Positions 48,603 through 62,015 of a DNA stretch of 64,000 nucleotides are shown here, one piece after another. A program made the translations under genes and the position numbers. The notes below the pieces were generated by a model. That model was given only the letters and a program-made list of their open reading frames with translations. It searched no databases and was not told where the DNA came from. The first letter of the stretch is position 1, and each line of letters begins with the position of its first letter. The stretch is from an uncultured Gemmatimonadales bacterium (GTDB taxonomy: Bacteria > Gemmatimonadota > Gemmatimonadetes > Gemmatimonadales > GWC2-71-9): assembly GCA_963730185.1 (NCBI GenBank), contig CAVSQW010000007.1:160001-224000 (forward strand). The letters run 5' to 3'.

Positions 48603-50195
48603 TCAGTTTGCCAGCTTCACCCGAATGATGCTGGTGCCGCCCTGGCCGCCCGCCTGCTGCGGTTGGAATACCGACAGGGTGACGATCTCGCCCGCCTTGA
48701 AGCCCTTGAGCGCCGACCGGAGCTCCGCCTCGGAGCGCACAGCCTTGCCTTCGACCGCGGTGATGACGTCGATCCGCTGGGCGGGCGGGAAGAGGAGGCC
48801 GTCGGCCGGGCCGTAGGGATCCACGTCCTCGACCAGCACCCCGTGGGTCGCGTTGGTGCCCAACTGGCGGGCCATGTCCGGGGTGATCGTCTCGACCCCG
48901 ATCCCGAGGCGGCTCTTGATCTCGCCGGCATCGTTGTTGGTCGGCTCGGCCGGCGTGGAGTCATGGCCCTGCTCGGCCACCTGGGTCGTGGCGCCCTGCT
49001 CGACCAGCCGGACGTTGAAGGTCTTCCGGACGCCGCCCTTCCGCGCCACCTCGATCTTCGCGATCGTGCCCGGTTTCTTGAACCCGACCACCTGCTGGAG
49101 CTGGCTGGTGTACTCGACCGGGGTCCCGTCCACCGTGATGACGATGTCGCCCGCCTCGAGCCCGGCCGCCTGGGCCGGCGAGCCGGGCGTGAACTCGTTG
49201 ATCTTGACCCCGCGGATCTCGGGGAGCTTCACGTAGTCCGCATCGAGCTGGGTGGCGTCCTGGACCAGCACGCCGAGGGCGGCCCGCTCCACCTTGCCGT
49301 GGGCGATCAGCTGATCCATGACCTGCTTGGCCAGGTCGATCGGGATGGCGAAGGCATACCCCACGTTGAACCCGGTCTGGGAGAAGATCGCCGAGTTGAT
49401 CCCGATCACCTCGCCCCGGACGTTGAGCAGCGGCCCGCCCGAGTTGCCCCGGTTGATGGCCGCGTCGGTCTGAATGAAGTCCTGGATCGTGCTGCCGCCG
49501 CTGTTCGGGAGCGGCAGGTTGGCCCGACCCTTGGCGCTCACGATCCCCGAGGTGACCGTGAAATTGAGCTCTTCCTGGAGCGGGTTGCCGACCGCCAGGA
49601 CCCACTCGCCGACCCGGGTCGCGTCGCTCGAACCCAGCCGGGCCGGCGTCAGCGCCACGCTCCGGGGGTCGATCTTGATCACCGCCAGATCGGTGTTCTG
49701 GTCGGTGCCGACGATCTTGGCCTTGAACTCGTGGCGGTCGGACAGCCGCACCATGACCTCGTCGGCGTCTTCGACCACGTGGTAGTTGGTCAGGATGTAG
49801 CCGTCGGCGGACACCACGAAGCCGGACCCGGCCCCAGTCTCGACCTGGGGCTCACCGCGGTTCCGCTGCGGCCGGCCGAAGAACTCCTCGAACCCGGGCG
49901 GCACCCGGCGGGCGGTGGCGCTCCGCTCGGTCCGGCGGGAACGGATGTAGACGACCGATGGTTTGACGCCCTCGGCCACCGTGGCGAAGGCGTCGCTCAG
50001 CGTGGTCAGCGGCTGAGTGGCCGCGGCTGGCACGAGTGTCTGAACCGCCGGAATGACCGATCCCGCCTGGGACGCGCGGGTCTGGGCCGCCGACGCGGCC
50101 GGCAGATCCAGCAACCCCGCGAAGAGGAGGCCCAGCACGAAGGCCAGGCCGACCAAACCACCGAACTTGAGCCAATTCAACGACCGTACGGACAT
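48603..50195 (-). CDS. degP: DegP/HtrA (Do) serine protease with two PDZ domains
   Basis: GSGF, TNYHV, DLAVIK, TDAAINRGNSGGP and two PDZ domains. Confidence 0.93.
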   Translation of the reverse strand: MSVRSLNWLKFGGLVGLAFVLGLLFAGLLDLPAASAAQTRASQAGSVIPAVQTLVPAAATQPLTTLSDAFATVAEGVKPSVVYIRSRRTERSATARRVPPGFEEFFGRPQRNRGEPQVETGAGSGFVVSADGYILTNYHVVEDADEVMVRLSDRHEFKAKIVGTDQNTDLAVIKIDPRSVALTPARLGSSDATRVGEWVLAVGNPLQEELNFTVTSGIVSAKGRANLPLPNSGGSTIQDFIQTDAAINRGNSGGPLLNVRGEVIGINSAIFSQTGFNVGYAFAIPIDLAKQVMDQLIAHGKVERAALGVLVQDATQLDADYVKLPEIRGVKINEFTPGSPAQAAGLEAGDIVITVDGTPVEYTSQLQQVVGFKKPGTIAKIEVARKGGVRKTFNVRLVEQGATTQVAEQGHDSTPAEPTNNDAGEIKSRLGIGVETITPDMARQLGTNATHGVLVEDVDPYGPADGLLFPPAQRIDVITAVEGKAVRSEAELRSALKGFKAGEIVTLSVFQPQQAGGQGGTSIIRVKLAN

Positions 50196-50355
50196 GGCGG
50201 TGCTCTATCCCTCTTGGTTCAGACGCTGACGGTTGTGATCGCCTCCCGGACCGGCCTCGGGCCGGTCGGGAGGCGCCTTGCTGCAATATACGAGAGATGC
50301 CCCATCGGGGGTTCCCGTCGCGGCGAACCCCCGGCGGAGGGGCGGACCGGGGCTC

Positions 50356-51900
50356 TCAGGGTGAGGTCGTCGCCACCGCCCCCGTCCGCGAGGTGCCGCC
50401 GATGAAGGCCGCGATGTTCCGCTTGAGCTTGGCCAGATCCGGCGTGTGGAGATACATCATGTGACCGGCGTCGTAGTACTTCTCCGCGATGTTGCCGCGG
50501 AGCTTGGCCGGGAGTCCCGCCAGATGGTCCACCGTGTACTCGGTGGCGAAGAACGGGGTGGCCAGATCGTAATAGCCGTTCTCGATCTCCACCTTGAGAG
50601 CCGGGTTGGTCACCAGGGCCTGGACCAGGTCGGTGCCCACGTAGGTGGCCGTGAGCCAGCCGCGGCTCCCCTGGCGGTTCCAATCCCACTGGACCCCGCC
50701 GCTCATCTTGTAACGGTCCTCGGTCGAGAACTTGAGCTCGTCGCGGAGGTAGGAGTTGGTGGCGGCCGTGAACGCGCCAGCTGACCGCGTCCGACTGCGG
50801 GTCGCCCCGGGCGCCCTCGGCCAGCAGGTCCGTGACCGGGCCCGAAAACCGTGAATCAGCCGGCCGGTTACCTCGCCGTGGGACCGTTGGAGCTCCGCCA
50901 TGAACTGGCTCAGGTCGACCCGGAGGTCGGCCTTCATGAGGTAGTCCTCCGAGAGGCCGGTGTACTGGCTCAGCTGCTTGGCCACCGCGGCCTTCCGGGC
51001 CTCCGGAAGGTCGAGCCCTGGGCCAGGGCGCTGGCGTACTCGCCGGCGGCGTATTGGCGCACCTGGGTCAGGAAGGACTCCAGGTTGCCGGGGCCGGGAT
51101 CAGCTTGTGATACGCCGCCGTCGCCGCGTAGCTCGGCAGATAGAGCAGGTACGAGATGTCGTGACCCGGCGCGAAGTTGAGGGTCTCGAAGTCGAGCACC
51201 GACGAGATCAGGACCACGCCGTTGAAGGCCATGTTTTCCTGCCGCTGGAGCCGGTTCACCAGCACCGCCGACCGGGTGGTTCCGTAGCTCTCGCCGATCA
51301 GGTACTTGGGCGAGTTCCAGCGGTTGTTTCGGGTCACGTACTGGTAGACGAACTGCGCCAGGGAACGGGCGTCCTCGTCCACCCCCAGAAGTCTTTCCCG
51401 GTGCCCTTGCCCGCGAGTTTCGAGAAGCCGGTCCCGATCGGGTCGACGAAGACCAGGTCGGTCACGTCGATGAGGGAGTTGGCGTTGTCCTCGAGCTGGT
51501 AGGGCGGGGGCGGGGTGTGCTCGGCGTCGGTCGTCATGATCCGCCGCGGTCCGAAGGCGCCCATGTGGAGCCAGGCCGAGGCCGATCCGGGCCCTCCGTT
51601 GTAGACGAAGGCCAGCGGCCGCTGGGACGGGTCCTTCACGTCCGACCGGGTGTAGGCGGTGTAGTAGAGACTGCCGATCGGCTCGTCCTTGTCGTTCTTG
51701 AGCAGGATCGTCGCGGCGGTAGCCTGGTACGGGACCAGGGTGCCGCCCACCCGGATCGAGTGCTGGGTGACGGACGTCTCCTCCTTGGGGACCGGAGCCG
51801 GTTGATGGGAAGAGTCGGACTCGGCGGGCCGGGGTGGCCGCTGCGCCTGGGCCGGCGCCACCAGAGTCGCGGTGAGCAATGTGACGGCGAGCAATCGCAT
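50356..51900 (-). CDS. S10 serine carboxypeptidase (frameshifted in this sequence)
   Basis: [24 protein letters not shown] and GHMMY distributed over several frames. Confidence 0.85.
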
Positions 51901-51976
51901 CGTGCCTCCTTGGAATGCCTGGGGCGCGCCTGGGGCGCGGCAGGGGATGAGGAGTATGCACCGGCGGCCGGACGCG

Positions 51977-52013
51977 CGAAACCCCGCCGCCGGCCGGGCC
52001 GGGGCGGGGTTCG
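51977..52013. terminator. Imperfect hairpin downstream of dnaK
   Basis: AACCCCGCC...GGCGGGGTT inverted repeat after the dnaK stop. Confidence 0.45.
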
Positions 52014-52037
52014 CCGGGGCGCGAGGCGCCGCCGTGC

Positions 52038-54056
<2,019 letters not shown>

Positions 54057-54063
54057 TCACTAG

Positions 54064-54079
54064 AGCAACCGACGTACCG
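54064..54079 (-). promoter_or_regulatory. Putative sigma54 -24/-12 promoter of dnaK
   Basis: Minus strand reads CGGTACGTCGGTTGCT (GG-N10-GC), close to the TGGCACG-N4-TTGCW consensus. Confidence 0.55.
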
Positions 54080-54182
54080 CCGAAATGCGCCATAATGGCA
54101 CACGGACGGCAGATCGCGACCTGGCTGGGATTTCTGGGGGCTGCTGGGGTCGGGTGCTGTCGGCTGGCCCGGGCCCCGCGGT

Positions 54183-56834
54183 TCAGCTGGGGGGCTTCCG
54201 GGTCGAGGTAGCGGGCCTGCTCCATCGGGCCAGGACGGCTTCGACATCGGCCAGCTGAACCGGCTTGGCGAGATAGTCGTCCATGCCTGCTGCCAGGCAG
54301 GCCTCTCGATCACCCCGCATGGCATTCGCCGTCATCGCGACGATCGGGACCCGGACGACCCCATCTCGCTCGCGGATCTTCCGGGTGGCCTCCACGCCGT
54401 CGAGGTGGGGCATCTGCCAGTCCATCATGATCAGGTCGTAGCTCCGCTCCCGGCTCAGGGCGACAGCCTCGGCACCGTCGGCCGCCACGTCGACCGTGCA
54501 GCCGAGCCGCTCGAGCATCTTGACCGCCACTTTCTGGTTGACCGGATTGTCTTCCGCCAGGAGCACGCGCAGCATCCCGGCCGAGGCTTCCCTGAGGCGG
54601 GGGGTGGCGGGCTGGTCGGCCGGTGCCCGGGCGAGGTCGAGCGGTAAGGTAAAGGCGAAGGTGGAGCCGACGCCTTCGACGCTCTCGGCCTCGAGGGTGC
54701 CTTCCATCAGCTCCACCAGGCGGCGAGAGATGCTGAGACCAAGGCCGGTTCCGCCGAAGCGGCGGGTGGTCGACGCGTCGGCCTGGACGAACGGCTCGAA
54801 GAGTTGAGCCAACCTTCCGGTCGGGATCCCGATCCCGGTGTCCCGAACCGCGAACCGGACCCTGGTCCGTCCCTCAGGCTCGTGGGCCTCGGAGACGTCG
54901 ATCCTGACCTCGCCCTCGGTCGTGAACTTGAGGGCGTTGTGACAGAGGTTCGTGAGAACCTGGCGAATCCGGCTGGGGTCGCCGCCGACCCAGGTCGGAA
55001 CGGCGGGCGTCAGCGAGGCGGTGAACGACACCGATCGGGCCTCCGCCTTGGCCGCGAAGAGATCGTGAACCTCGCGAACGAGTCGGTGCAGGTCGAACGG
55101 GGTGCGCTCCAGGCGAAGGCGACCCGCTTCGATCCTGGAGAAATCCAGGACGTCGTCGAGGATGGTCAGCAGCGCCTCGGCCGAGCTATGGATGATCCGG
55201 GCGAAGTCTTGCTGCTCGGCGGTGAGGTCGGTGTCGAGTAGCAGGGAGGTCATTCCGAGGACCCCGTTCATCGGGGTTCGGATCTCGTGGCTCATCGAGG
55301 CCAGGAAAAGGCTTTTGGCGCGGGTTGCCTCTTCGGCCCGCTCTCGGGCGGCGATCAGTTCGGTCTCGGCTTCGCGGCGGTCGGTGATGTCGACGTAGGT
55401 CCCGAGCACGCCGGTGATCCGCCCCTCGCGATCGCGGAGCGGCACCTTGCAGGTCGAGAGCCAGCGCTGCTTGCCGTCGGGGGTGGTGAGTGGCTCGACG
55501 ATGTCGAGCTCGACCCGGCCCTCGGCCATCACCCGGAGGTCGCAGCTCCGGAAGAAGTCCGCCTGGGCCTCCGGAAGCAGGTCGTGGTCCGTGAACCCTT
55601 CGATGTCATCCCGCCCAAGGTCCTGGCGGAGGGCCCGATTGGCTCCGAGAAAGCGTCCGGCGCGGTCCTTCCAGAAGACCCGCTGGGGCAGGAGGTCCAA
55701 CGCCGTCGCCAGAAGGTCCTCCGAGGCCCGCAATCGCTCGCGCCGTTCCCGCTCCTCGGTGACATCGACGAAGCTGGCGACGACCGCGGTGACGCCGCCG
55801 TCGCCGTCGTGGACGGGCTCGGTATTGACCTCGATCCAGCCTTGAGTCCCGTCCGCCCTGGTAAAGCCCAGGACCGAGCCCCGGCTCGGCTCACCGGTGC
55901 GAGCGGTGGCGGCGATGGGCTGGGCTTCATCGTCGGCCGGTGAGCCGTCCTCCCGGATCAGGCGCCAGCCGGTGAAGGCTGGCTGTCCGATCAGCTCCTC
56001 GATCGGCGTTCGGACGATCCGGGCCGCGCTCGGGTTGGCCTCGAGAATCCGCCCGTCCCGGTCCACCAGGACGACGCCTTCGGTCAAGGCGGTCACGATC
56101 GAACCCAGCCGTTGTCGGGACGCTCGGACCGTATCGGCGTAGCTGTCGGCCTCCGCGATCCGGCGTCGAAGCGAACGGAGGGCCCGCCCCAGGGCCACTG
56201 CCCCGACCAGGGCGGCCAGGGTCAACAGGAGCAATTGCGCCAGCGACTCCCGGTCGTGCTGTTGGCGCTGGACCACCCTCGCACGGGCCTGCCATATCCG
56301 ATTGAGCGAATCGACCGCGGCGGCCAGGCGGTCCTGGGAGCCGGCCAGCGTGGCCGGGTCAGCGACGGCCGGGGCGGACGTCGGCGGCGGGCGGCCGCCC
56401 CGCCGGGCCAGCTCCGCCGCTCTGCCCAGCTCGCCGACGGCTCCGGCGATCGCGGCAAACTGTTTCCGGGTTGCTTGGTCGTCGAGCGCTGGGTCCCCGG
56501 CCGCCCGGAACCCCGACCGGAGCGTCTCGTTGGCGCGGATCAGCGAATCTACCCATCCCGTCCAGCCCCGGCCGACCGGATCGGCGGCCGCCCCGTTGCC
56601 CGATCCGGCCAGCCGGAGCAGGTCGATCGAGATCATCTGGCCGTAATGGCGCAGCGTCCTCGCCTGCTCGACCAGAGAGGTCAGCTGGTCTTCGCGACCG
56701 AGTTCGGTCTGGCGGAACCGGTGTCCGATGAAGCCGGCCCCAAGCAGCAATGCCAGGGCTCCGGCGCCGGTATAGTAGATCCGCACCAGGGCGCTGGTGG
56801 GGGACGGCGGGCTGGGGGAGAGACGCAACGGCAT
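54183..56834 (-). CDS. Hybrid sensor histidine kinase (2 TM, 2 PAS, HisKA, HATPase, REC)
   Basis: FLASMSHEIRTPMNG, NALKFT, DTGIG and GGTGLGL motifs. REC domain has EDN, MD.QMP and KP. Confidence 0.95.
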   Translation of the reverse strand: MPLRLSPSPPSPTSALVRIYYTGAGALALLLGAGFIGHRFRQTELGREDQLTSLVEQARTLRHYGQMISIDLLRLAGSGNGAAADPVGRGWTGWVDSLIRANETLRSGFRAAGDPALDDQATRKQFAAIAGAVGELGRAAELARRGGRPPPTSAPAVADPATLAGSQDRLAAAVDSLNRIWQARARVVQRQQHDRESLAQLLLLTLAALVGAVALGRALRSLRRRIAEADSYADTVRASRQRLGSIVTALTEGVVLVDRDGRILEANPSAARIVRTPIEELIGQPAFTGWRLIREDGSPADDEAQPIAATARTGEPSRGSVLGFTRADGTQGWIEVNTEPVHDGDGGVTAVVASFVDVTEERERRERLRASEDLLATALDLLPQRVFWKDRAGRFLGANRALRQDLGRDDIEGFTDHDLLPEAQADFFRSCDLRVMAEGRVELDIVEPLTTPDGKQRWLSTCKVPLRDREGRITGVLGTYVDITDRREAETELIAARERAEEATRAKSLFLASMSHEIRTPMNGVLGMTSLLLDTDLTAEQQDFARIIHSSAEALLTILDDVLDFSRIEAGRLRLERTPFDLHRLVREVHDLFAAKAEARSVSFTASLTPAVPTWVGGDPSRIRQVLTNLCHNALKFTTEGEVRIDVSEAHEPEGRTRVRFAVRDTGIGIPTGRLAQLFEPFVQADASTTRRFGGTGLGLSISRRLVELMEGTLEAESVEGVGSTFAFTLPLDLARAPADQPATPRLREASAGMLRVLLAEDNPVNQKVAVKMLERLGCTVDVAADGAEAVALSRERSYDLIMMDWQMPHLDGVEATRKIRERDGVVRVPIVAMTANAMRGDREACLAAGMDDYLAKPVQLADVEAVLARWSRPATSTRKPPS

Positions 56835-56893
56835 GGGTACCCTCTACCCGAGTCAGTATCGGCGCAGATGGGGGTTCCTTGAACGGCACCATT

Positions 56894-56945
56894 CCCATTG
56901 AAACCTTATGGGGCCAACGTCGTATCTCCCTAAGAACATTATGGG
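56894..56945. promoter_or_regulatory. Two related quasi-palindromic operators upstream of padR
   Basis: CCCATTGAAACCTTATGGG (56894-56912) and TCCCTAAGAACATTATGGG (56927-56945). Confidence 0.55.
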
Positions 56946-56952
56946 AGGCGCC

Positions 56953-57297
56953 GTGGCCGACGATCTCGATTTGCTCCGGGGGACGCTCGATCTCCTGGTG
57001 CTCCGGACGCTCCGGCCTGGGCCGATGCACGGCTACGCGGTGGCCGCCGCGATCCGCGACCGGAGCGACGGCGACCTGCTGGTCGAAGAGGGGGCGCTCT
57101 ATCCGGCGCTCCATCGACTCGAGGCGCGGGGTTGGGTGGAGGCCGAGTGGGGAGTCTCCGAGAACAACCGGAAGGCGCGGTACTATGGGCTGACCCGAGC
57201 CGGGGCGAGGCGCCTCCGGGCGGCCACAGCCGAGTGGGATCGGTACGTCCGGGCGGTGGGTCGCGTGCTGGCCCCCGGGTCGGCGGGAGGCGAATGA
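56953..57297 (+). CDS. PadR family transcriptional regulator (acidobacterial type)
   Basis: LLRGTLDLLVL, MHGY, EEGALYPALHRLE and WGVSENNRKARYY motifs. Confidence 0.93.
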   Translation: MADDLDLLRGTLDLLVLRTLRPGPMHGYAVAAAIRDRSDGDLLVEEGALYPALHRLEARGWVEAEWGVSENNRKARYYGLTRAGARRLRAATAEWDRYVRAVGRVLAPGSAGGE

Positions 57298-57300
57298 GCG

Positions 57301-59971
57301 ATGGCGCTGCCTCCCGGCGTGAAACGCGTCTTCCGGCTCTTGGTCCGCTCGCGGGACGTCGATGCCGAGGTGGGTCGGGAGCTTGAGTTCCATGTGGCCG
57401 AGACCACCGAGCGGCTGGTCCGGGAGGGTTGGGAGCCCGACCGGGCTCGGGCCGAGGCCGAACGGCGGTTCGGGGGGCGGGAGCGGGTGGCGGCGCAGGT
57501 TCGCCGGATCGACGAGCGGCGCGAGCGCCGGCGGGAGTGGCGGTTCGGGTTGGCCGGGTTGGGCCAGGACCTCCGCCAGGCGGCGCGCAGCCTGACCCGG
57601 TCGCCGGGGTTCACGGCCGTGGCGGTGGCGACCTTCGCGCTCGGGATCGGGGCCAACGTCGCCGTCTTCACGGTGCTCGACGGCGTGGTGCTCCGCCCGC
57701 TTCCCTACCCGGAGCCCGAGCGGGTGCTCCGGATCTTCGAGCAGAACGGTCGCGAGGGCCGGGTCTTCGGCAACATCACCATTGCCGACTTCCGCGACTG
57801 GCGGGCCCAGGCGACCTCGTTCTCGGCCATGGCGGCGCTCCGATGGGGCTCGGCCTCGATCGTGCTGCCGGACCGCGCGGTGTTGCTGCCGGCGGCTCGG
57901 GTAACGGCGTCGTTCTTCGACGTGCTCGGTGTCAGCCCGGCGATCGGCCGTGGGTTCCGTCCGGCCGACGAGTCGGCCGGCGCCGAGCCGGTGGCGGTCC
58001 TGAGCGACCGGGTCTGGCGGACGGACTTTGGCGCCGATTCGGCGCTGGTCGGCCGGCCGATTCGCCTCGATGGCGGGACGGCGACCGTGATCGGTGTTTT
58101 GCCCCGCGGGTTCGTGCCGCCGGGCGGCGGGACGGTGGGCGTCTGGACGGCCGGCGACTTCGCCGCGATCGCGGACGATCCCTCGCGGGCTCGCCGGATG
58201 CACTTCCTGAGCGGGTTCGCCCGGGTCAGGCCGGGCGTGTCCCGGGAGGCGGCGACGGCCGAGCTCCGCCTGATCGGGGAGCGGCTGATGGCCGAGCATC
58301 CCCGGGACAACGACGGTCACCTGCCCAACCCGGTTCCCGTATCCCGAGCCGACGTCCGGGGCGTGGAGCCGGTTCTCTTCCTGACCGCGGCCGGTGTCGC
58401 CGCGCTCCTGCTCCTGGCCGCGGCCAATCTCGCCAATCTGGTGCTGGCCCGGGCGCTGGCTCGAGGTCGGGAGCTCGCGGTTCGGGCCGCGCTTGGCGCG
58501 GGCCGGGCCCGGCTGGCGCGCACGGTGCTGGTCGAACAGGGGCTGTTGGCGGTGGTCGGCGGAGTGGTGGGGGTTGGGGTGGCGGTCTTCGCCTCCCGGG
58601 GGCTCGTCGCGCTGCTCGGCGACGCGCTGCCGCACGCGGGCCGGGTCGGGGTCGACGGTGGCGTCCTCGGCTTCGCACTGGGTCTCACGGTGGTCACCGC
58701 GGGGTTGACCGGTCTCCTGCCGGCCTTGCTGGCGGTGCGCCTGGATCTTCAGGGGGTGCTGCGCGCCGATGGCGGCGGCACGACGGCCGGCCGGCGGAGC
58801 CACCGGATCCGGAGCACGCTGGTGGCGGTGCAGGTGGCCCTGGCGGCGCTCCTGGCCACCGGGTCCGGCCTGGTCGCCCAGAGCTTGATCGCGATTCTGC
58901 GCGAGGACCTCGGGTTCCGTCCCGACGGCGTCGTGGCGTTCGGTCTGCCGCTCCAGGGCGGGCGGTACCCCGACCGATCGGCGATCGACGGGTTCGAGCG
59001 GCGGTTGCTCGAGCGGCTCCGGGAACTGCCCGGCGCGCGGGCCGCGGGTGCGGCATACGCCATCCCGATGCGGAACGTGAGCACCACCAGCTTCCGGCTC
59101 GAGGGGGCGGCGCCCCGGTCGGGCCCGGCCCCGGAGGTCGGGTACAACGCCGCCTCGCCGGGCTATTTCGACGCGGTGGGGATTCCGCTGGTTAGCCGGC
59201 CGGGCCTTCGATGACCGCGATCGAAGCGGCGCGCCGGGCGTGGTGATCGTGAATCAGGCCTTCGTGCGGCGGTATCTCCCGGAGGGCCATCCGCTGGGAC
59301 GCCGGCTCCAGTCGGGTCCTGGTGACGTCTCGCCGTGGCTGGAGATCGTCGGCGTGGTGGGCGACATCCGCCGGGCCAGTGCCGAGGAGGCGCCGATCCC
59401 GGAGCTCTACTTTGCCCTGGCGCAGGACGTCACCGCTTCGCCCGTGGTAGTGGTCTCGTCGACCGCGCCCGGGTCGGTGACGCTGGCGGCCGCTGGGCGG
59501 GTGCTGCACGAGCTCGATCCCGAGCTCCCGATGGCGTTTCCGCAGGCTCTCCGGGAGGTGGTCGACGAGGGACTGGCTCGGCCCCGCTTCCTGAGCGTGC
59601 TGCTCGGGATCTTCGCGGCTTTGGCGTTGGCGCTCGCCGCAGTGGGGGTACACGGCGTCATCGCCTTCGTGGTGGCGGAGCGGACCCGGGAGATCGGCGT
59701 TCGGCGGGCTCTGGGGGCCGGTTCGGGCGCGGTCCTCGCGGACGTGCTTCGGCGCGGCCTCCGTCCGGTGGTGGCCGGGCTTGCGGTGGGCTTGGGCGCG
59801 GCCCTCGTGCTGGGGCCCTTGGCGAGGAGTCTGCTCTACCAGGTTCGCCCTGGGGATCCGGTCACCCTCGGCGTGGTCCTGGTGGTGACGCTCGCCGCCG
59901 GCGTGGCCGGGTGCCTGGTTCCGGCCCGCCGGGCCGCCCGGGTCGATCCCCTGACGGCCATCCGCGACTAG
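57301..59971 (+). CDS. ADOP family duplicated MacB/FtsX-type ABC permease (single +1 frameshift near 59194)
   Basis: ELEFH prefix, QDLR.A.R.L..SPGF, LGIGAN, RELAVR.ALGA and RTREIGVR.ALGA. Removing one A restores LVAGRAFDDRD. Confidence 0.88.
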
Positions 59972-60065
59972 CGGCGCGGGCCCCACCAGTCCAGTTCGCC
60001 GCCCGAGGGGGCCGCTCGCTGCAGGACGCCTCGCGCGGGTGGCCGGTCGGCCCTAACGTTGAGGC

Positions 60066-61229
60066 ATGGCCGAATCCGTTCCGACGCCGCACGTCCGCCC
60101 GTTCCGGCTCCTGCTGGTCGGCGCCACCGTGCTGGCCATGTTGACCGCGGCGCAGCACTGGGTGGTGATGCAGCTCGAGCCCACCCCGCCGTCCTGGAAG
60201 ACCGTCGCGCACGCGCTCAAGAAAGAGGCGCCGGCCTGGTACCTCTGGGTCCTGGTGTCGCCGTTGGTCTTCTGGCTGGTCCGCCGGATTCCGCTCCGTC
60301 GCGGGCGGTTGGCCCTGGCCATCCCGGCTCACGTGGTCATCGGCCTGGCGCTCGTGTTGGTCCACCAGGGGGCGGTGCTGGTGGTCCAGCGGCTGACGGG
60401 CTTTCCCGTAGGCAACGGGTCGCTCCTTCGCCTCTACGCCGATAGCATCGTCTACCGGGTTCTGCTCGGGCTCCTGGGCTATGCGATTCTCTTCGGTGCG
60501 GTCCTGGCGATCGACTACTACGGCCGGCTCCAGGAGCGCGAGATCGCGGCGGCTGAGCTGGGCCGGCAGCTGGCGGAAGCCCGGCTGCAGGCGCTCCGGA
60601 TGCAGCTCAATCCGCACTTTCTGTTCAACACGATGAATACGATCGCGATGCTGGTCCGCCAGGGGGACAACGGCCAGGCGGTCCGGATGCTGGCCGACCT
60701 GAGCGACATCCTCCGGCACGTCTTGGTCGACTCGCCGCCGATGGAGACGCCGCTCCGGGACGAGCTCCGCTTTACCGAGCGCTATCTCGATCTCGAGCGG
60801 GTCCGGTTCCGCGATCGGCTGACCACCGTGATCGAGGTGACCCCGGAGGCGGCCAATGCGCTGGTCCCGACCCTGGTCCTCCAGCCGTTGGTGGAGAACG
60901 CCATCAAGCACGGGATCGCGCGGCGGGTCCGGGCGGGCCGACTGGCGATCGGCGCCCGCCGGCTGGGACCCCTGCTGGAGCTGACCGTGGAGGACGACGG
61001 GCCGGGGCCGGGTGGGGGGCGGGACGGGGTGACCCCGGCGTCGGGCATCGGGATCACCTCGAACGGGATTGGCCTGGCCAACACCGCCAGCCGGCTGGCC
61101 CAGCTCTACGGCGAGCGGGCGGAGCTCCGGCTCGAGACGTCGCCCCGAGGGGGAGCGATCGCCCGGGTTACCCTCCCCTTCCGGCCCAGCCCGGTCGAGC
61201 TGGACGTGGCCGGAGCGGTGCCGTCGTGA
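60066..61229 (+). CDS. LytS/YehU-type sensor histidine kinase
   Basis: TM helices, QLNPHFLFN, LQPLVENAIKHG and GIGLAN motifs. Confidence 0.93.
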   Translation: MAESVPTPHVRPFRLLLVGATVLAMLTAAQHWVVMQLEPTPPSWKTVAHALKKEAPAWYLWVLVSPLVFWLVRRIPLRRGRLALAIPAHVVIGLALVLVHQGAVLVVQRLTGFPVGNGSLLRLYADSIVYRVLLGLLGYAILFGAVLAIDYYGRLQEREIAAAELGRQLAEARLQALRMQLNPHFLFNTMNTIAMLVRQGDNGQAVRMLADLSDILRHVLVDSPPMETPLRDELRFTERYLDLERVRFRDRLTTVIEVTPEAANALVPTLVLQPLVENAIKHGIARRVRAGRLAIGARRLGPLLELTVEDDGPGPGGGRDGVTPASGIGITSNGIGLANTASRLAQLYGERAELRLETSPRGGAIARVTLPFRPSPVELDVAGAVPS

Positions 61230-62015
61230 GCGCGCCGCTCCGGGTGCTGATCGTCGACGACGAGCCGGTGGCGCGGGAAGGACTCCGGGGCCTCCTGGCC
61301 CAGGATCCCGAGATCGCCGTCGTGGGCGAGCGCGCCGACGGGCAGGCCGCCGCCGAGGCGATCGTGTCGCTGGCCCCCGACCTGGTGCTGCTCGACATCC
61401 AGATGCCGGAGCTCGACGGGTTCGAGGTGGTGCGGACCGTCGGGCCCGGAGCACATGCCCCCGGTCGTGTTCGTCACCGCCTACGACGAGTTCGCGCTTC
61501 GGGCCTTCGAGGTCCACGCGCTGGACTACCTCCTCAAGCCCTTCGACGACGACCGCTTTGCCGCCGCGATGGATCGGGCCAAGGCGATCGTCCGGGCCGG
61601 CGACCTCGGGGGCCTGGCCCGCCGGCTCCTGGCGTTGTTGGCGGACACCGGCCAGCAGCAGGAGGGAAGCGAAACCGGCTGGCTCACCCGACTGGTGATC
61701 AAGAAGCCCGGCGCCAGCCTCTTCCTCGGGGTGGAGCAGATCGACTGGATCGAATCGGCCGACTACTGCGTCAAGATCCACGTCGGGGCGCGGACCCACG
61801 TGATCCGTGAGTCGCTCCAGCGATTGGAGGGCCGGCTCGACCCGGCCCGCTTCTTCCGGGCCCACCGGTCGGCCATCGTGAACCTCGATCGGGTGCGCGA
61901 GGTTCAGCCCGCCTTCCACGGCGACTTCGCCTTGATCCTCCACGACGGCACCCGGGTCAAGCTCAGCCGGAGCCGCCGGTCCGACCTCGAGCGGCGGCTG
62001 GGGCAGACCCTCTAG
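61226..62015 (+). CDS. LytTR family response regulator (+1 frameshift near 61448)
   Basis: REC motifs DDE and LDIQMP, then FVTAYD, YLLKP and the LytTR motif FFRAHRS.IVN in the next frame. Confidence 0.9.

Noticed and set aside
59991..60022. LytTR-binding direct repeats (CAGTTCGCC / CCGCTCGCT) upstream of the LytS-like kinase
   Set aside because: The match is weak in GC-rich DNA and the 20-bp spacing is not clearly canonical, so it cannot be supported.
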